DNA of 64,000 nucleotides from the NCBI RefSeq assembly GCF_004010195.1, contig NC_057758.1, forward strand, positions 6,757,981 through 6,821,980, given 5' to 3'. The position numbers and the translations under genes are program-made. The notes below the pieces were generated by a model. It saw nothing but the letters and a program-made list of their open reading frames with translations. It was not told the DNA's origin and did no database searches. This document shows positions 12,195-24,108 of the stretch, piece by piece. How positions within the stretch are numbered: position 1 is the stretch's first letter; every line of letters begins with the position of its first letter. This DNA comes from Chiloscyllium plagiosum (Eukaryota).

Positions 12195-13390
12195 TTATCG
12201 CATGGAGCGAACAGCTAATGGGAAGCTTCAAACCAGCATCCACAGGAAAACAACACATACAGAACAAATATTGAACTACACAAGTAATCATTCCAACATC
12301 TGCAAATGAAGCTGCATTAGAACATTATTTCAACGAGCCACCCCACACTGCAGCACAGAAGCAATACGTAAAGCAGAGGAAAATCACCGCAGAAATGCAG
12401 TCTGCCGATTTCTCAGCAACAAACCCAAACAAGCAGACAAAACGCGTCCAGAAACCCTAGCCACTCTCCCATACATCAATCACATCTCCGAAATGTCTGA
12501 CAGACTACTCCGACCCATTGGCATCAGGGTAGCCAACAAACCAACCAACACACTAAAACATAAGATAATGAACTTGAAAGACCCTATATAGACAACTAGC
12601 CAAATTAATATCACGTACAAAATATCTTGCAATCACTGTAACAAACATTCCATTTAAAACAGGCAGAAAACTAGCCACCAACATACATGAACATCAACTA
12701 GCCACAAAACGACATGAGCCACTGTCACTATTATCCTCACATATGTTCGAGGAAGGACACCACTTCGACTGGGACAACACATTCATATGAGGACAAGCCA
12801 AACAGAGGCAAGCACGACAATTCCCAGATGCATGGCATTCAACCGGAACTCTACCGATAAAAACATTGACTTAGATACCATTTACCAGACCCTGAGAAAA
12901 AGAGCCGAAAATGACATCACCAACCCAGGGCACCAGAGCAGCACGGTGGCGCAGTGGTTAGCACTGCTGCCTCAAAGCGCCAGAGACCCGGGTTCAATTC
13001 CCGCCTCAGGCGACTAACTGTGTGGACTTTGCACGTTCTCCCCGTGTTGGCGTGGGTTTCCTCCGGCTGCTCCGGTTTCCTCCCACAGTCCAAAGATGTG
13101 CGGGTCAGGTGAATTGGCCATACTAAATTGCTTATAGTGTTAGGTAAGGGGTAAATGTAGGAGTATGGGTGGTTTGCGCTTCGGCGGGTCGGTGTGGACT
13201 TGTTGGGCCGAAGGGCCTTTTTCCACACTGTAAGTAATCTAATCTAATCTAAAACCCAAGGAAATCTAAAAACATAAATAGAAAGCGGGCCCATATCACC
13301 ATTGTTTCATCTGGAGTCTCACAGAATTTGATGGTAACGAAACATCTGAAAATGAACCTCCCAGCTCAGCGAGCAAACGAACATTCAGAC
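12195..13390 (+). mobile_element. Penelope-like retrotransposon remnant (RT thumb, GIY-YIG endonuclease, pseudo-LTR)
   Basis: TSIHRKTTHTEQILNY..NH, CIRTLFQRA, LPYINHISE, YKISCNHCNK, TGRKLATTIHEH, GHHFDWDN; contains stops and frameshifts. Confidence 0.85.
12936..13252 (+). mobile_element. HE1-type SINE inserted in the PLE
   Basis: Full head, body and (TAATC)n tail. Confidence 0.92.
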
Positions 13391-15679
13391 ATGCACAATT
13401 TTCAAAATGAATTATTGCAACAACAGTCTCCATCTAAACAGTCCAGCATTTTTGTCCCTAACGTTCTCCTCAAATTTCAATGGATTATGATCAGTGTATA
13501 TGATTGTCTTAGATACGTTTATGGTAATATAAACACATAAATGTTGCAATACCAACACCAAGTTCAAAGTTTCTTTCTCAGCAGTCGAGTATGTCTGCTG
13601 ATGAACGTTCAAATTCCTGAAGAAATACTTGACGGGTCTTTCTATCTTCTCGCCGTCTTCCTGCAGGAGCACAGCACAGACACCCACATAAATTGCATCG
13701 ATAGCCACCTTGAAAGGTTTCAAGTAATCAGGTGTGGCTCTCACTGGAGGAGTGGTTAACACTGTTTTCAGGCTATCAACGCCTCCTGGCTGTCCGCTAT
13801 CAACTGAAACATCTTGCCTTTTATTTTGCAATCATTGAGTGGAACAGCCACACTGCTAAAATTCGACACATTTTTTTGATAAAATGAACTTAATCTTAGG
13901 AACCGTATTACTGCTCTTTTGGTCGATGGTATGGAAAATTCCTCAACTACTTTCGTTCTCCCAACCCGTGGACCAGGGACCAGGAAAGTGACTTGGGCTT
14001 TGGCAAATTCATATTTCGCCAGGTTTATCACCAAACCAGCCTTCCAAAGTCGATTGAACAAGTCGGTTAAATGCTGTAAATGGTCTTTCCATGAGAGACT
14101 AAAAAGCACTAAACATGTCATTGATGTACACAACACAGATTTGTCATCCGGCAATTACCTTATTGGTTGGTCTCTGAAATGTGGCCAGAGATGTTTCATA
14201 CCAAATGGCTTACTGTAACTGATCAGTTCATTTGGCATTGCAAAAGCTGAATTGTCCTTTGCTCTTTCTGACAAAATTATCTGCCATAGACTCTGAAGAA
14301 GTCCATCTTAAAATATAAGTTTCTTGTCCCACCTTTTCAACACAATCTTCCAATCCCACAATAGGATAAGTATCAGTCTTTGTAACTGCATTGGTTTTGC
14401 GAACGTCCACACAATTGGGTACCATCTTGCTTTGCCACATAACGATGGGTGAGCTCCAGTTACTGAAGGAAATCTAAAAACATAAATAGAAACCGGGCCC
14501 ATATCACCAGTGTTTCATCTGGAGTCTCACAGATGTTGTGACCTTGAATGGTGACGAAACATCTGGAAATGAACCTCCCAGCTCAGCGAGCAAACTAACA
14601 TTCAGACATGCGCAATTTTCAAAATGAATTATTGTAACAACAGTCTCCATCTAAACAGTCCAGCATTTTTGTCCCTAACGTTCTCCTCAAATTTCAATGG
14701 ATTATGATCAGTGTATATGATTGTCTTAGATACGTTTCTGGTAATATAAATACAGAAATGTTCTAATACCAACACCAAGTTCAAAGTTTCTTTCTCAGCA
14801 GTCGAGTATGTCTGCTGATGAACGTTCAACTTCCTGAAGAAATACTTGATGGGTCTTTCTATCTTCTCGCCGTCTTCCTGCAGAAGCACAGCACAGACAC
14901 CCACATAAATTGCATCGATAGCCACCTTGAAAGGCTTCAAGTAATCAGGTGTGGCTATCACTGGAGGAGTGGTTAACACTGTTTTCAGGCTATCAAACGC
15001 CTCCTGGCTGTCCGCTATCAACTGAAACATCTTGCCTTTTATTTTGCATTCACTGAGTGGAACAGCCACACTGTTAACATTCGACACATTTTTTTGATAA
15101 AATGAACGTAATCTTAGGAACCGTATAACTGCTCTTTTGGTCGATGGTATGGAAAATTCCTGAATTACTTTCGTTCTCCCAACCCGTGGACCAGGGAACA
15201 GGAAAGTGACTTGGGCTTTGGCAAATTCATTTTTCGCCAGGTTTACCACCAAACCAGCCTTCCAAAGTCGATTGAACAAGTCGGTTAAATGCTGTAAATG
15301 GTCTTTCCATGAGAGACTAAAAATCACTAAGCATGTCATCGATGTACACAACACAGATTTCTCATCCGGCAATTACCTTATTGGTTGGTCTCTGAAATGT
15401 GGCCAGAGAGTAAGCCAAATGGCTTACTGTAACTGATCAGTTCATTTGGCGTTACAAAAGCTGAAATGTCTTTGCTCTTTCTGACAAAATTATCTGCCAG
15501 TCGACTCTGAACAAGTCCATCTTAAAATATAAGTTTCTTGTCCCACCTTTTCAACACAATCTTCCAATCCCACAATAGGATAAGTATCAGTCTTTGTAAC
15601 TGCATTGGTTTTGCGAACGTCCACACAATTGGGTACCATCTTGCTTTGCCACATTACGATGGGTGAGCTCCAGTGACTG
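13258..15679. repeat. Direct tandem duplication of ~1.21 kb (13258-14465 / 14466-15679)
   Basis: Both copies start AAGGAAATCTAAAAACATAAATAGAAA and end GGGTGAGCTCCAGTnACTG; near-identical ORFs 13412-14154 and 14629-15372. Confidence 0.95.
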
Positions 15680-18600
15680 TAAATGACTTCGATTATATTC
15701 TCTTGGAGCAATCTCCTTCTTAACCTGTGTCAAATAATGCGACTTATGCCGATAAGGATATTGCTTAATCGGAACAGTACCTTCTATATCAACATCATCC
15801 ACAATTAGATGAGTGCTTCCGATTTTGTCTTTCCCGCATATTTCCCCATGTTATAGTAATAATGCTTTCAGGTCATTTCGATTTTTCTCAGGAAGGAAAC
15901 GCAAATGTTTATCATAATTCTGACAACTTCCTCATTGTGCAATTTAATTTGAGTAACGTCAAATTCAGAATCCTCTGAAATTGGTTCTTCTCTCTCTGTT
16001 GTGATCATTAGCACTTTCACCTACCCTGTAAAAATACCATTTGGGCATGTTCATGTCACACATATAGGAGATATTTTCCTGTCTGGAATCTCTATCAAGT
16101 AGTACACCTCAATCAATTTCCCTTCGATCTGATAAGGTCCACTAAACATTGCTTTTACAGGATCACCTATGACTGTAAGCAACACTGTTAATTTATCCTG
16201 ATAGAAGCGTTGCGATTTTTTTATGTTTTATCTACTTCTTGTTCATAACCTGCTGCAATATTTTAAAAGCGATTGAGCCAACTCGCCAGCTTCGTTTACT
16301 CGTTCTCTAAAATTTGACACACAGTCCAAATGCGTGGTCTCTGAATACTGACATACTTACTCCTCCTTAATCACTTTCAATGGTCCACTAATTTGATGCC
16401 CAAAGACTAATTCAAATGAACTGAATTTGGTCCATTGATTTGTTGCAACTCTGTCAGTAAACGCGCGAACGGAACGCCCTCATTCCAAACATGGCCTTTA
16501 GCTTTTGACACACCGTCCTAACGCTCCCTGTGAAACTGGATGTATACAATAGATTTTAATTGTTTCATTCCTAATCTGTCTGAAACTTTCTTGAATAGTT
16601 TGGATATGACGTTTGACACTTTGGAAGTCCATATCTAGTTAAAAAAATGAATAGCTCTCGACAAACCTTTTGCCTGTGATTTTGCACAATCGGATGGCCT
16701 TTGAAAATCCAGTTGGTAAATCTATTATTGCTTGCAAATACTGATTCCCACGTGTTGCTTGACGCAGGACCTCCACAATCAGTCAAGACTCTTGTAAAAG
16801 TTTCCTCAAATGCTGGAATAAATATTTAAGTTACAGTTTTTATTCCGCCTGTTGTTTTCCAATTACCTGACATGTATGACACATCAGGGAACATTCATCT
16901 ATATCCTTGTGCAATCCAGGCCAGTAGAAATTGGGCGGCACGGTGGCTCAGTGGTTAGCACTGCTGTCTCACAGCACCATCGTTTGGCGTTCGCTTCCTC
17001 CCCGTGTGGAGTTCGCACATTCTCCCCGTGTGTGCGTGGGGTTTCTCCGATGGCTTGGGTTTCTTCCCACTATCCAAAGATGTGCAGGTCAGGTGAATTG
17101 ACCATGCTAAATTGCCCAGAGTATTAGGTGCGTTAGTTAGTGGGGACTGAGTTTGGGCGGGTTTCTCTGCGGAGGAGCGGTGTGGACTTGATGGGCGGAA
17201 GGGTCTGTTTCCACGGTGTAGACAAATTGAATCTAAAAATAAATATATTGGTATTTTAGTCTTTTCCCCTCACTCCTAAATGATCCGAAGTGGTCGCTCA
17301 TACGATACTCGGAACATCTCCATTCTATGTCACACTGGGGAGACATTTTGATGCATTTCTGCCCATTTCTCAACTGCTTGAATGTGTGATGGTCGCCATT
17401 TCCTCACTAAGACATCATTTTAACAAATAGTAACTGTCACGGATGCATTCAGATTCCTCTCAATATGTGTATTTTGATACAACTGCTTTAGATTTTCATT
17501 TTTTGCTGCAACTCAGTGAGTTTTGCAGAGCTAAAGATATTTGCATGATTACCTCTTTGCACCTGTTTTGTGTCAACTATCTGATCGACCATCGTCTCTG
17601 ACACTGACACTTCAGACACCTTATCTCTGCCATTTGATCTGTCTGGTTTCAACTGGTCATTCTGTGAACTTGTTACTACACACTCGGGGAAGGTTCCACG
17701 GTAAAAACCCCTGCATTGCTTCAGTTGTCTGAGTCTCCAGTGGCTTTTCAAACACAGTAGATGGCACAGGTGAATCAGCAATATCTTTCGAAAAGACAAA
17801 ATATATTCCTGGAGCTGAGAATTTGTCCAGTACTCCTACTGCAATTTCTCTTCTCTGAACTCTCTCGCCTCACTTTACATAACTGAGAGCTTTTGACTCA
17901 CCGTGAATTCCCAGTACCACTAATTTCTTTGACCGTCGACCTTCAGAAATACTCAACTCTTCATGCTTCAGCATCACAGACTGAGAGGATCCTGTGCCCC
18001 TTAATATTGTAACATGTCCACCTGCTATTCCTGTCCAATTTGAATAAACTTTACATTTGCAGGTATATTTTCTAAGTAGATCCGTCACTTACTCCTGAAT
18101 CAACTTTCGATCAGTTTGTACACTCTGATCCAGCTTTTCAGCTTCCATTGTGCTTTCTGTTTCCTCTCCAACAAAACTCCCAGTCTTGTCTTGTTTTCAT
18201 ACATCTGTTTTTTTTTTTCTCGCCCAACAACAATGTGATTTCATGTGGTCTACTTCATTCCAATAAAAACGCCGAAGCTTTTTGTTTTTTTACCTTTTTT
18301 AACCCCTCACGAGTTTGTTCTTTACATTGTGGTGAGTTATCCTTCTGGTCTTCACCGAAATGAATCTTGGCCTTTCGGCGTGAGGATTTTTCTTTGTCCC
18401 AATTTCTGTCCCTCGTGCACTGAAATTGATTCTGGAAGCCAAATCAGGTTTTATGGACCAGCTGATGATCATCAGCCACTTTAGCTGCTAACTTTGCCGT
18501 TGTAACTCTCTGCACCTCCACATGAGTACGCAATATTTCAGGCAGTGAATTTTGAACTCCTCTAAACTAATTGTCTCTGGAAGAGCATCGTAACTTTGCT

Positions 18601-18950
18601 CTATATTAAATTTTCTTATCCACCTATCAAAATAACCTTGGTTGCTCCTTTCAAACTTAATGTAGGTTTAGCCAATAATCCTTTCTTAAATTGCTGAAAC
18701 GATGTCGACAGGTTTCTCGTACAAGGTCATATGCACTTGAGACAGTTTTTTTCACTTCCTCATACTCCCAGGTTCCACTCCGATAGTGATGTGAATGCCT
18801 CATGAGATCTAACTTCAACAACACCCACATTGTCGCTGGCCACTACATTGGTTTCGCCACTTTTTCAAATGAGATGAAAAAGGCTTCCACATCCTTCTCA
18901 TCAAATCTAGACAATGTTTGAAAATACTTAAACAGTTTCTCAACAGGCCT
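13391..18950 (-). mobile_element. Decayed Gmr1-type Ty3/Gypsy LTR retrotransposon internal region (gag-PR-IN-RT-RNase H)
   Basis: gag FDEKDVEAFFISFEKVA (~18900); PR ILRGTGSSQS (~18000); IN PAFEETFTRVL.DC.GP, FELVFGHQISGPL, FSGPYQI (17400-16050); RT PIKQYPYR, WSSPIV, CVDVRKTNAVTKTDTYP; RNase H KPFKVAIDA...YSTAEKE...YTDHNPL. Confidence 0.88.
16933..17236 (+). mobile_element. HE1-type SINE inserted in the Gypsy integrase
   Basis: GGGCGGCACGGTGGCTCAGTGGTTAGCACTGCTG head plus HE1 body. Confidence 0.85.
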
Positions 18951-18952
18951 TT

Positions 18953-19064
18953 GGGGACGGCATGCTGGCACTGGTGCCTCACAGCTCCAGAGACCCGGGT
19001 TCAATTCCCGCCTCAGGCGACTCTCTGTGTGGAGTTTGCACATTCTCCCCGTGTCTGCGTGGGT
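18953..19064 (+). mobile_element. HE1-type SINE 5' part, cut by gap
   Basis: GAGACCCGGGTTCAATTCCCGCCTCAGGCGAC. Confidence 0.85.
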
Positions 19065-19564
19065 NNNNNNNNNNNNNNNNNNNNNNNNNNNNNNNNNNNN
19101 NNNNNNNNNNNNNNNNNNNNNNNNNNNNNNNNNNNNNNNNNNNNNNNNNNNNNNNNNNNNNNNNNNNNNNNNNNNNNNNNNNNNNNNNNNNNNNNNNNNN
19201 NNNNNNNNNNNNNNNNNNNNNNNNNNNNNNNNNNNNNNNNNNNNNNNNNNNNNNNNNNNNNNNNNNNNNNNNNNNNNNNNNNNNNNNNNNNNNNNNNNNN
19301 NNNNNNNNNNNNNNNNNNNNNNNNNNNNNNNNNNNNNNNNNNNNNNNNNNNNNNNNNNNNNNNNNNNNNNNNNNNNNNNNNNNNNNNNNNNNNNNNNNNN
19401 NNNNNNNNNNNNNNNNNNNNNNNNNNNNNNNNNNNNNNNNNNNNNNNNNNNNNNNNNNNNNNNNNNNNNNNNNNNNNNNNNNNNNNNNNNNNNNNNNNNN
19501 NNNNNNNNNNNNNNNNNNNNNNNNNNNNNNNNNNNNNNNNNNNNNNNNNNNNNNNNNNNNNNNN
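19065..19564. other. Assembly gap (500 N)
   Basis: Run of N. Confidence 1.
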
Positions 19565-20194
19565 AACGGCTGGTCAGCCCAAACGTGTGAACTCTATACC
19601 CTAGAAAGAGCTCTCAGAGCCTTAGAAGACAAGGAAGCAACGGTGTACACACACAGAAAATATGCATTTGGAGTGGTACACACCTTCGGAAAAATTTGAC
19701 AAGGAAGAGGACTAATAAAAAGAAGAGAAAAAGAACGAATTGGCAACCAAGTTCTGGAGTTTCTGTTACACACGAGAGAAATGGCGGCAGTTCAGAAGGG
19801 GAATGAACCGGAAGTAAGGGGAAACAAACTGGCTGATGAGGTATCTAAAGAAGCAGCCCTCAATCTACAGGGAACAGTGATATACACCGTAATCCCTGCA
19901 ATTCTAGATCTTCAGGGTGCCCCGTCGTTTACTGCAAATGAGGAAAAGGAACTAAAAGATTTTGGAGCTGAGCTGCAAAGACAGCGGATGGGCGCTGGAT
20001 GTTACCCAAAGGGAGGGAAATGTTAAATAAAATGACGCTGCGAGAAATTATGGCTGTCTTACATCAAGGGAGTCACTGGGGAGTGCAAGCAATATGTGAT
20101 GTAGTCTTAAGGAAATATGGATGCAAAGGAATATATACAATAATCAACAGATATGTGAGGAATGCATAGCATGTAAAACATAAATAAGAAGGCA

Positions 20195-20669
20195 GAGCTG
20201 AAAATGTGTTGCTGGAAAAGCGCAGCAGCTCAGGCAGCATCAAAGGAACAGGCGAATCGACGTTTCGGGCATAAGCCCTGCTTCAGGAATGAGGAAAGTG
20301 TGTCCAGCAGGCTAAGATAAAAGATAGGGAGGAGGGACTTGGGGGAGGGGCGTTGGAAATGCGATAGGGGGAAGGAGATCAAGGTGAGGGTGATAGGCCG
20401 GAGTGGGGTGGTCACCGCCCCCACCCCACTCTGGCCTATCACCCTCACCATGACCTCCTTCCACCTATCGTATTTCCAACGCCCCTCCCCAAGTCCCTCC
20501 TCCCTACCTTTTATCTTAGCCTGCTGGAAACACTTTCCTCATTCCTGAAGAAGGGCTTATGACCAAAACGTCGATTCTCCTGTTCCTTGAATGCTGCCTG
20601 ACCTGCTGCGCTTTTCCAACAACACATTTCCAGCTCTGATCTCCAGCAACTGCAGTCCTCACTTTCTCC
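20195..20669 (+). mobile_element. Fold-back PLE-derived insertion (family A) inside ERV integrase
   Basis: ~217-bp inverted arms 20195-20411 / 20421-20636, 33-nt tail, 15-bp TSD ATAAA(T/C)AAGAAGGCA at 20180-20194 and 20670-20684; HHR-like motif in each arm. Confidence 0.9.
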
Positions 20670-21108
20670 ATAAACAAGAAGGCATTAAGGAAACGAGTCC
20701 CAGGAGGGAGGAAACCTGGGCTAAGGCCATTTCAGACCATTCAGATCGAATATATAGAATTTCCCCGATCATGAAGACTGAGGTACATGCTGGTAATGGT
20801 TGATCACCTCTCTGGAGGAGTGGAGACGTACCCTTAAAACACTGCCACCACAAGTGCGGTGTCCAAGATATTACTTGAACACATAATCTCCAGATACCGA
20901 ATAGTGGAATGCATAGATTCAAATCAGGGAACTCATTTGACTTCCAGGATACTCCAGGCAGTGATGAAGGGGTTAGGAATCTCGTGGGAGTTCCACACCC
21001 CTTGGCACCCACCTTCATCAGGAAAGGTTGAAAGAATGAACCAGACACTCAATAAGCAGTTATCTAAATTAGTAGCAGAAATCAGAATCCCTTGGACTAA
21101 GTGTTTAC

Positions 21109-21363
21109 TAGACTAAATTCCTAGAAGCATGGCACTCATCCACAATCTCCATCAACAAACACATCGACCTGGACCCAATATACTGGCCACTGCAGCGGAC
21201 AGCTGAAACTGACAACCGGAAGTAGCAGGGATAGGCCATATAAATACCGGAGGAAACACCACAGAAGCGCTTCACAGGAGGCTCCCAAGCACTGAGGATG
21301 TCACGTAGACAGGGGACAAAACGTTTGCAACAAAAACTTACAGCTCGGCGAACTGGACCACAG
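21109..21363 (+). mobile_element. 5'-truncated Penelope-like insertion (family B) inside ERV integrase
   Basis: FLEAWHSSTISINKHIDLDPIY (GIY-YIG C-terminus) plus pseudo-LTR; 11-bp TSD TAAGTGTTTAC at 21098-21108 and 21364-21374; removing it restores IN PWTKCL-PIALL. Confidence 0.88.
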
Positions 21364-21922
21364 TAAGTGTTTACCTATAGCCCTTTTGCGAGAGCGCACG
21401 GACCCAAGGAAAGATATGGGGCTGACCCCTCATGAGATATTCTTGGCCTGCCATATTAAGGATCGAAAGGAGAATTGTCAACCCCGGTTCCTAAAGATTT
21501 GTTCTTAAATAGGTATATACTGGGCTTGTCGTCCTCTTTGTCTTTGCTCAGGAAACGGAGTTTATTGGCACATACTCCACCCCTTAAATTCACCGTCCAT
21601 CCGATCCAAACGGGGTATTTGGTCCTAGTCAAATCATGGACTGAGACCAAATTGCAAGCAGACAGGGAGGCCCTGTACCAAGCACTCTTAACCACTGAAA
21701 CTCCGATATGAACCGCAGGAATATTCTGGACTCACTGCACTCGGATTAAAGGGCCAGTGGAATCTCCAGTTGAGAGAGAAGTATGGACATTCGAATCGGC
21801 AAACAAACCCCTTAAACTTAAGCTAAAAAAGACTTTAAATAACTGATTACACAGTAGTGGCGCGAGCGCGGGATAGTTTCTATAGTATTGTATGCTGAGT
21901 CCCTCGGCGCTTCAATGCCGCT

Positions 21923-24092
21923 GTGGGAAGAATGTTTAGCTACACTCTATTAGCTTTTCTTGTCACAGGATTCTGTCAGGCTATGGTGTGGTCATCTTAC
22001 TTCGTGATAACGGTTCCAGAAAGTACAAATCCACAAGTCATAGAAACACATACCTGCAGTCTAGTGAATTGTGGAGATGTAAGAAATCTTTGGCAACACA
22101 GTAACTCAGAGATACATCTTCGTTTTTCATGAAAAGATCCTGAAAGGGCCCATAGGATAAGACTAATGGGAAGAAAATGCCTCGGAGAGAGAACTGTAAG
22201 AGATATTTTTGGAATAAAGAATGTAAAGAATGGCGGAGGCAGGAAGTCCTTCGAGTTGATCTCATTATTAATCCTCTCGTTACAGTACACCAAGGCCCTT
22301 CCTGGCCAACTCTTGACTGTCCGGATAAAAGGTGTAACCCAATATATTTAACAATAAAGAAAACCTCAAGGTATGAAGTAGTTTTAGGGGAAGAAACCTA
22401 TCAGGTCCAGTTAGACCAAATATTTGGGATAGAGATGAAAGCAGGCAGAAAGAATTTCCTGGAATGTTGTTTTAAAATACAGGTGAAAGACAGAACTCGA
22501 GTAGGGAAAGGAATAGTATAGTCCATTACTCTGACCCTAAAGTAATAAACATTGTAAAGGTAAAGGACTTAAAGCAGACCAATGAAGTAGAAACAACTGG
22601 GGATACAATTGAATTGAATGGGTCAGCTTATTGTTTCAGCCAAGTTAATAACTGTTAATTAAATAAAATAAACTAACACAGGAATGAAAACTAGTTACTT
22701 TTCATTAGTTAAAATGTGCATACAGGAATGAAATGTGCCTTGCAAGGTCTAACAACACTAGCTGATGAACTAGCTGAAAATTCAGGAGTCAGCTTATCGT
22801 TCACCAGGTGGTTAGAATGGGTAAGTTACACTGTGAAAAGTTTGAATTAAAACAATTGCTATGCATGTGCCTCTGGGAGACAAATGGCCCAAGTAGTCCC
22901 CTTTCTGCTCGGGTGGAAGCGAGACAAGAGGGGTATGAAATGCACGATAGCCCTGTATTAGAATAAGACGACAAGGAGTAATAAAGATTGTGTACTCCTT
23001 ATATTAAAGTTCCCTCCTGTAAAGAAGGAAGGCTTAAAGACGCCCCCACCCCCGCCCCACCATCACATTTCTGCCGTGGTCGGAAATCACACATCGTGTG
23101 TAAACAGACAAGGAACAATTTGTCCAGATATTTGGGGAAACTGAAATCATGTGCCGAAATTAAGTACATGAGAGAAAAGGGAGGGAAATACTCTGCGTGA
23201 AGAATTCCCTGAGCGGAACTGTGGTAGTACTGCGGAGGGAAAATATTGAGACCCACCCTACCTTCAGATTGGATGGGCACGTGTGCAATTGCACAATTGG
23301 TAATTCCGTTCACCCTGCCATTTAAAAAGAAACAGATATTAAAGGAAGGGGGTGTAAGTAACAGATTACTATTGGGTATTTCGTTTGTGAGTCCCAAGAG
23401 CGGTACCTGATGAGTTCAACGTTTGTAACCAGGTCACGGCAGCATTTGAATCAGTACTCTTCTGATGGGTAACAGACAACAAAAATGTGGACTGGATAAA
23501 TTATATATTATATAATCAGCAAAGGTTCATCAATTACACGAGAGACTCAATTAAACGTATAGCCAAACAACTTGAGGCAACCAGCAGAAGGGCATGGGAG
23601 AATAGAATGGATCCAAGGTATAATACTAGCAGAAAAAGGGGGAGTGTGTGTAATGTTAGGAGGGAGCTGTTGTACCTTTATTCCAAATAACACAGCCCAG
23701 ATGGGTCTATTACTCGAACCTTGCAAGGTCTAACAACACTAGCTGATGAACTAGCTGAAAATTCAGGAGTCAGCTTATCGTTCACCAGATGGTTAGAATT
23801 GTGGTTTTGAAAGTGAAGGAGCGTGATGGCTTCAGTTCTAACCGCCTTGATAGTAGTGGTGGGAGTACTAATCGCAATAGGATGCTGTATCATGCTTTGC
23901 GCACGGGGGTTAATCCAAAGCTTGATTAAAACAGCTTTGACCACACAAATACCCCTAAATAGTAATCCGGGAGAAGGGCTCCACCTGTTAAACAATGAGG
24001 GAATAAGTGACCTCGGGGAGATTTCCAAAACAAATGAAATTTCGGCAAAGATGCTGGTCAATTGGGAAGTACCAAAAAAGAAAAAAATATGA
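21923..24092 (+). pseudogene. env: ERV envelope remnant, gamma-type TM
   Basis: Signal-like hydrophobic stretch, CNPIYLTI, WLEWVSYTV...NCYACASGR (CXXC), CGGKILRPTLPSDWMGTCAI, NKNVDWINYILYNQQRF, LAEKGGV-CVMLGGSCC (CX6CC), TM anchor VLTALIVVVGVLIAIGCC; multiple stops. Confidence 0.92.
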
Positions 24093-24108
24093 AGAATACC
24101 ATAAAGAT

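Larger units (their letters stand above)
19565..21840 (+). pseudogene. pol: ERV pol remnant (RNase H and integrase)
   Basis: SAQTCELYTLERAL...VYTHRKYAFGVVH, GNKLADEVSKEAA, HQGSHWG...CEECIAC (HHCC), IDSNQGTHLT, HTPWHPPSSGKVERMNQTL; stops, frameshifts and two insertions. Confidence 0.92.

Noticed and set aside
14629..15372. Functional 247-aa RT/RNase H gene
   Set aside because: The YxDD motif is out of frame and the surrounding pol is full of stops
21923..24092. Domesticated syncytin-like env
   Set aside because: Multiple stops, frameshifts and an internal insertion
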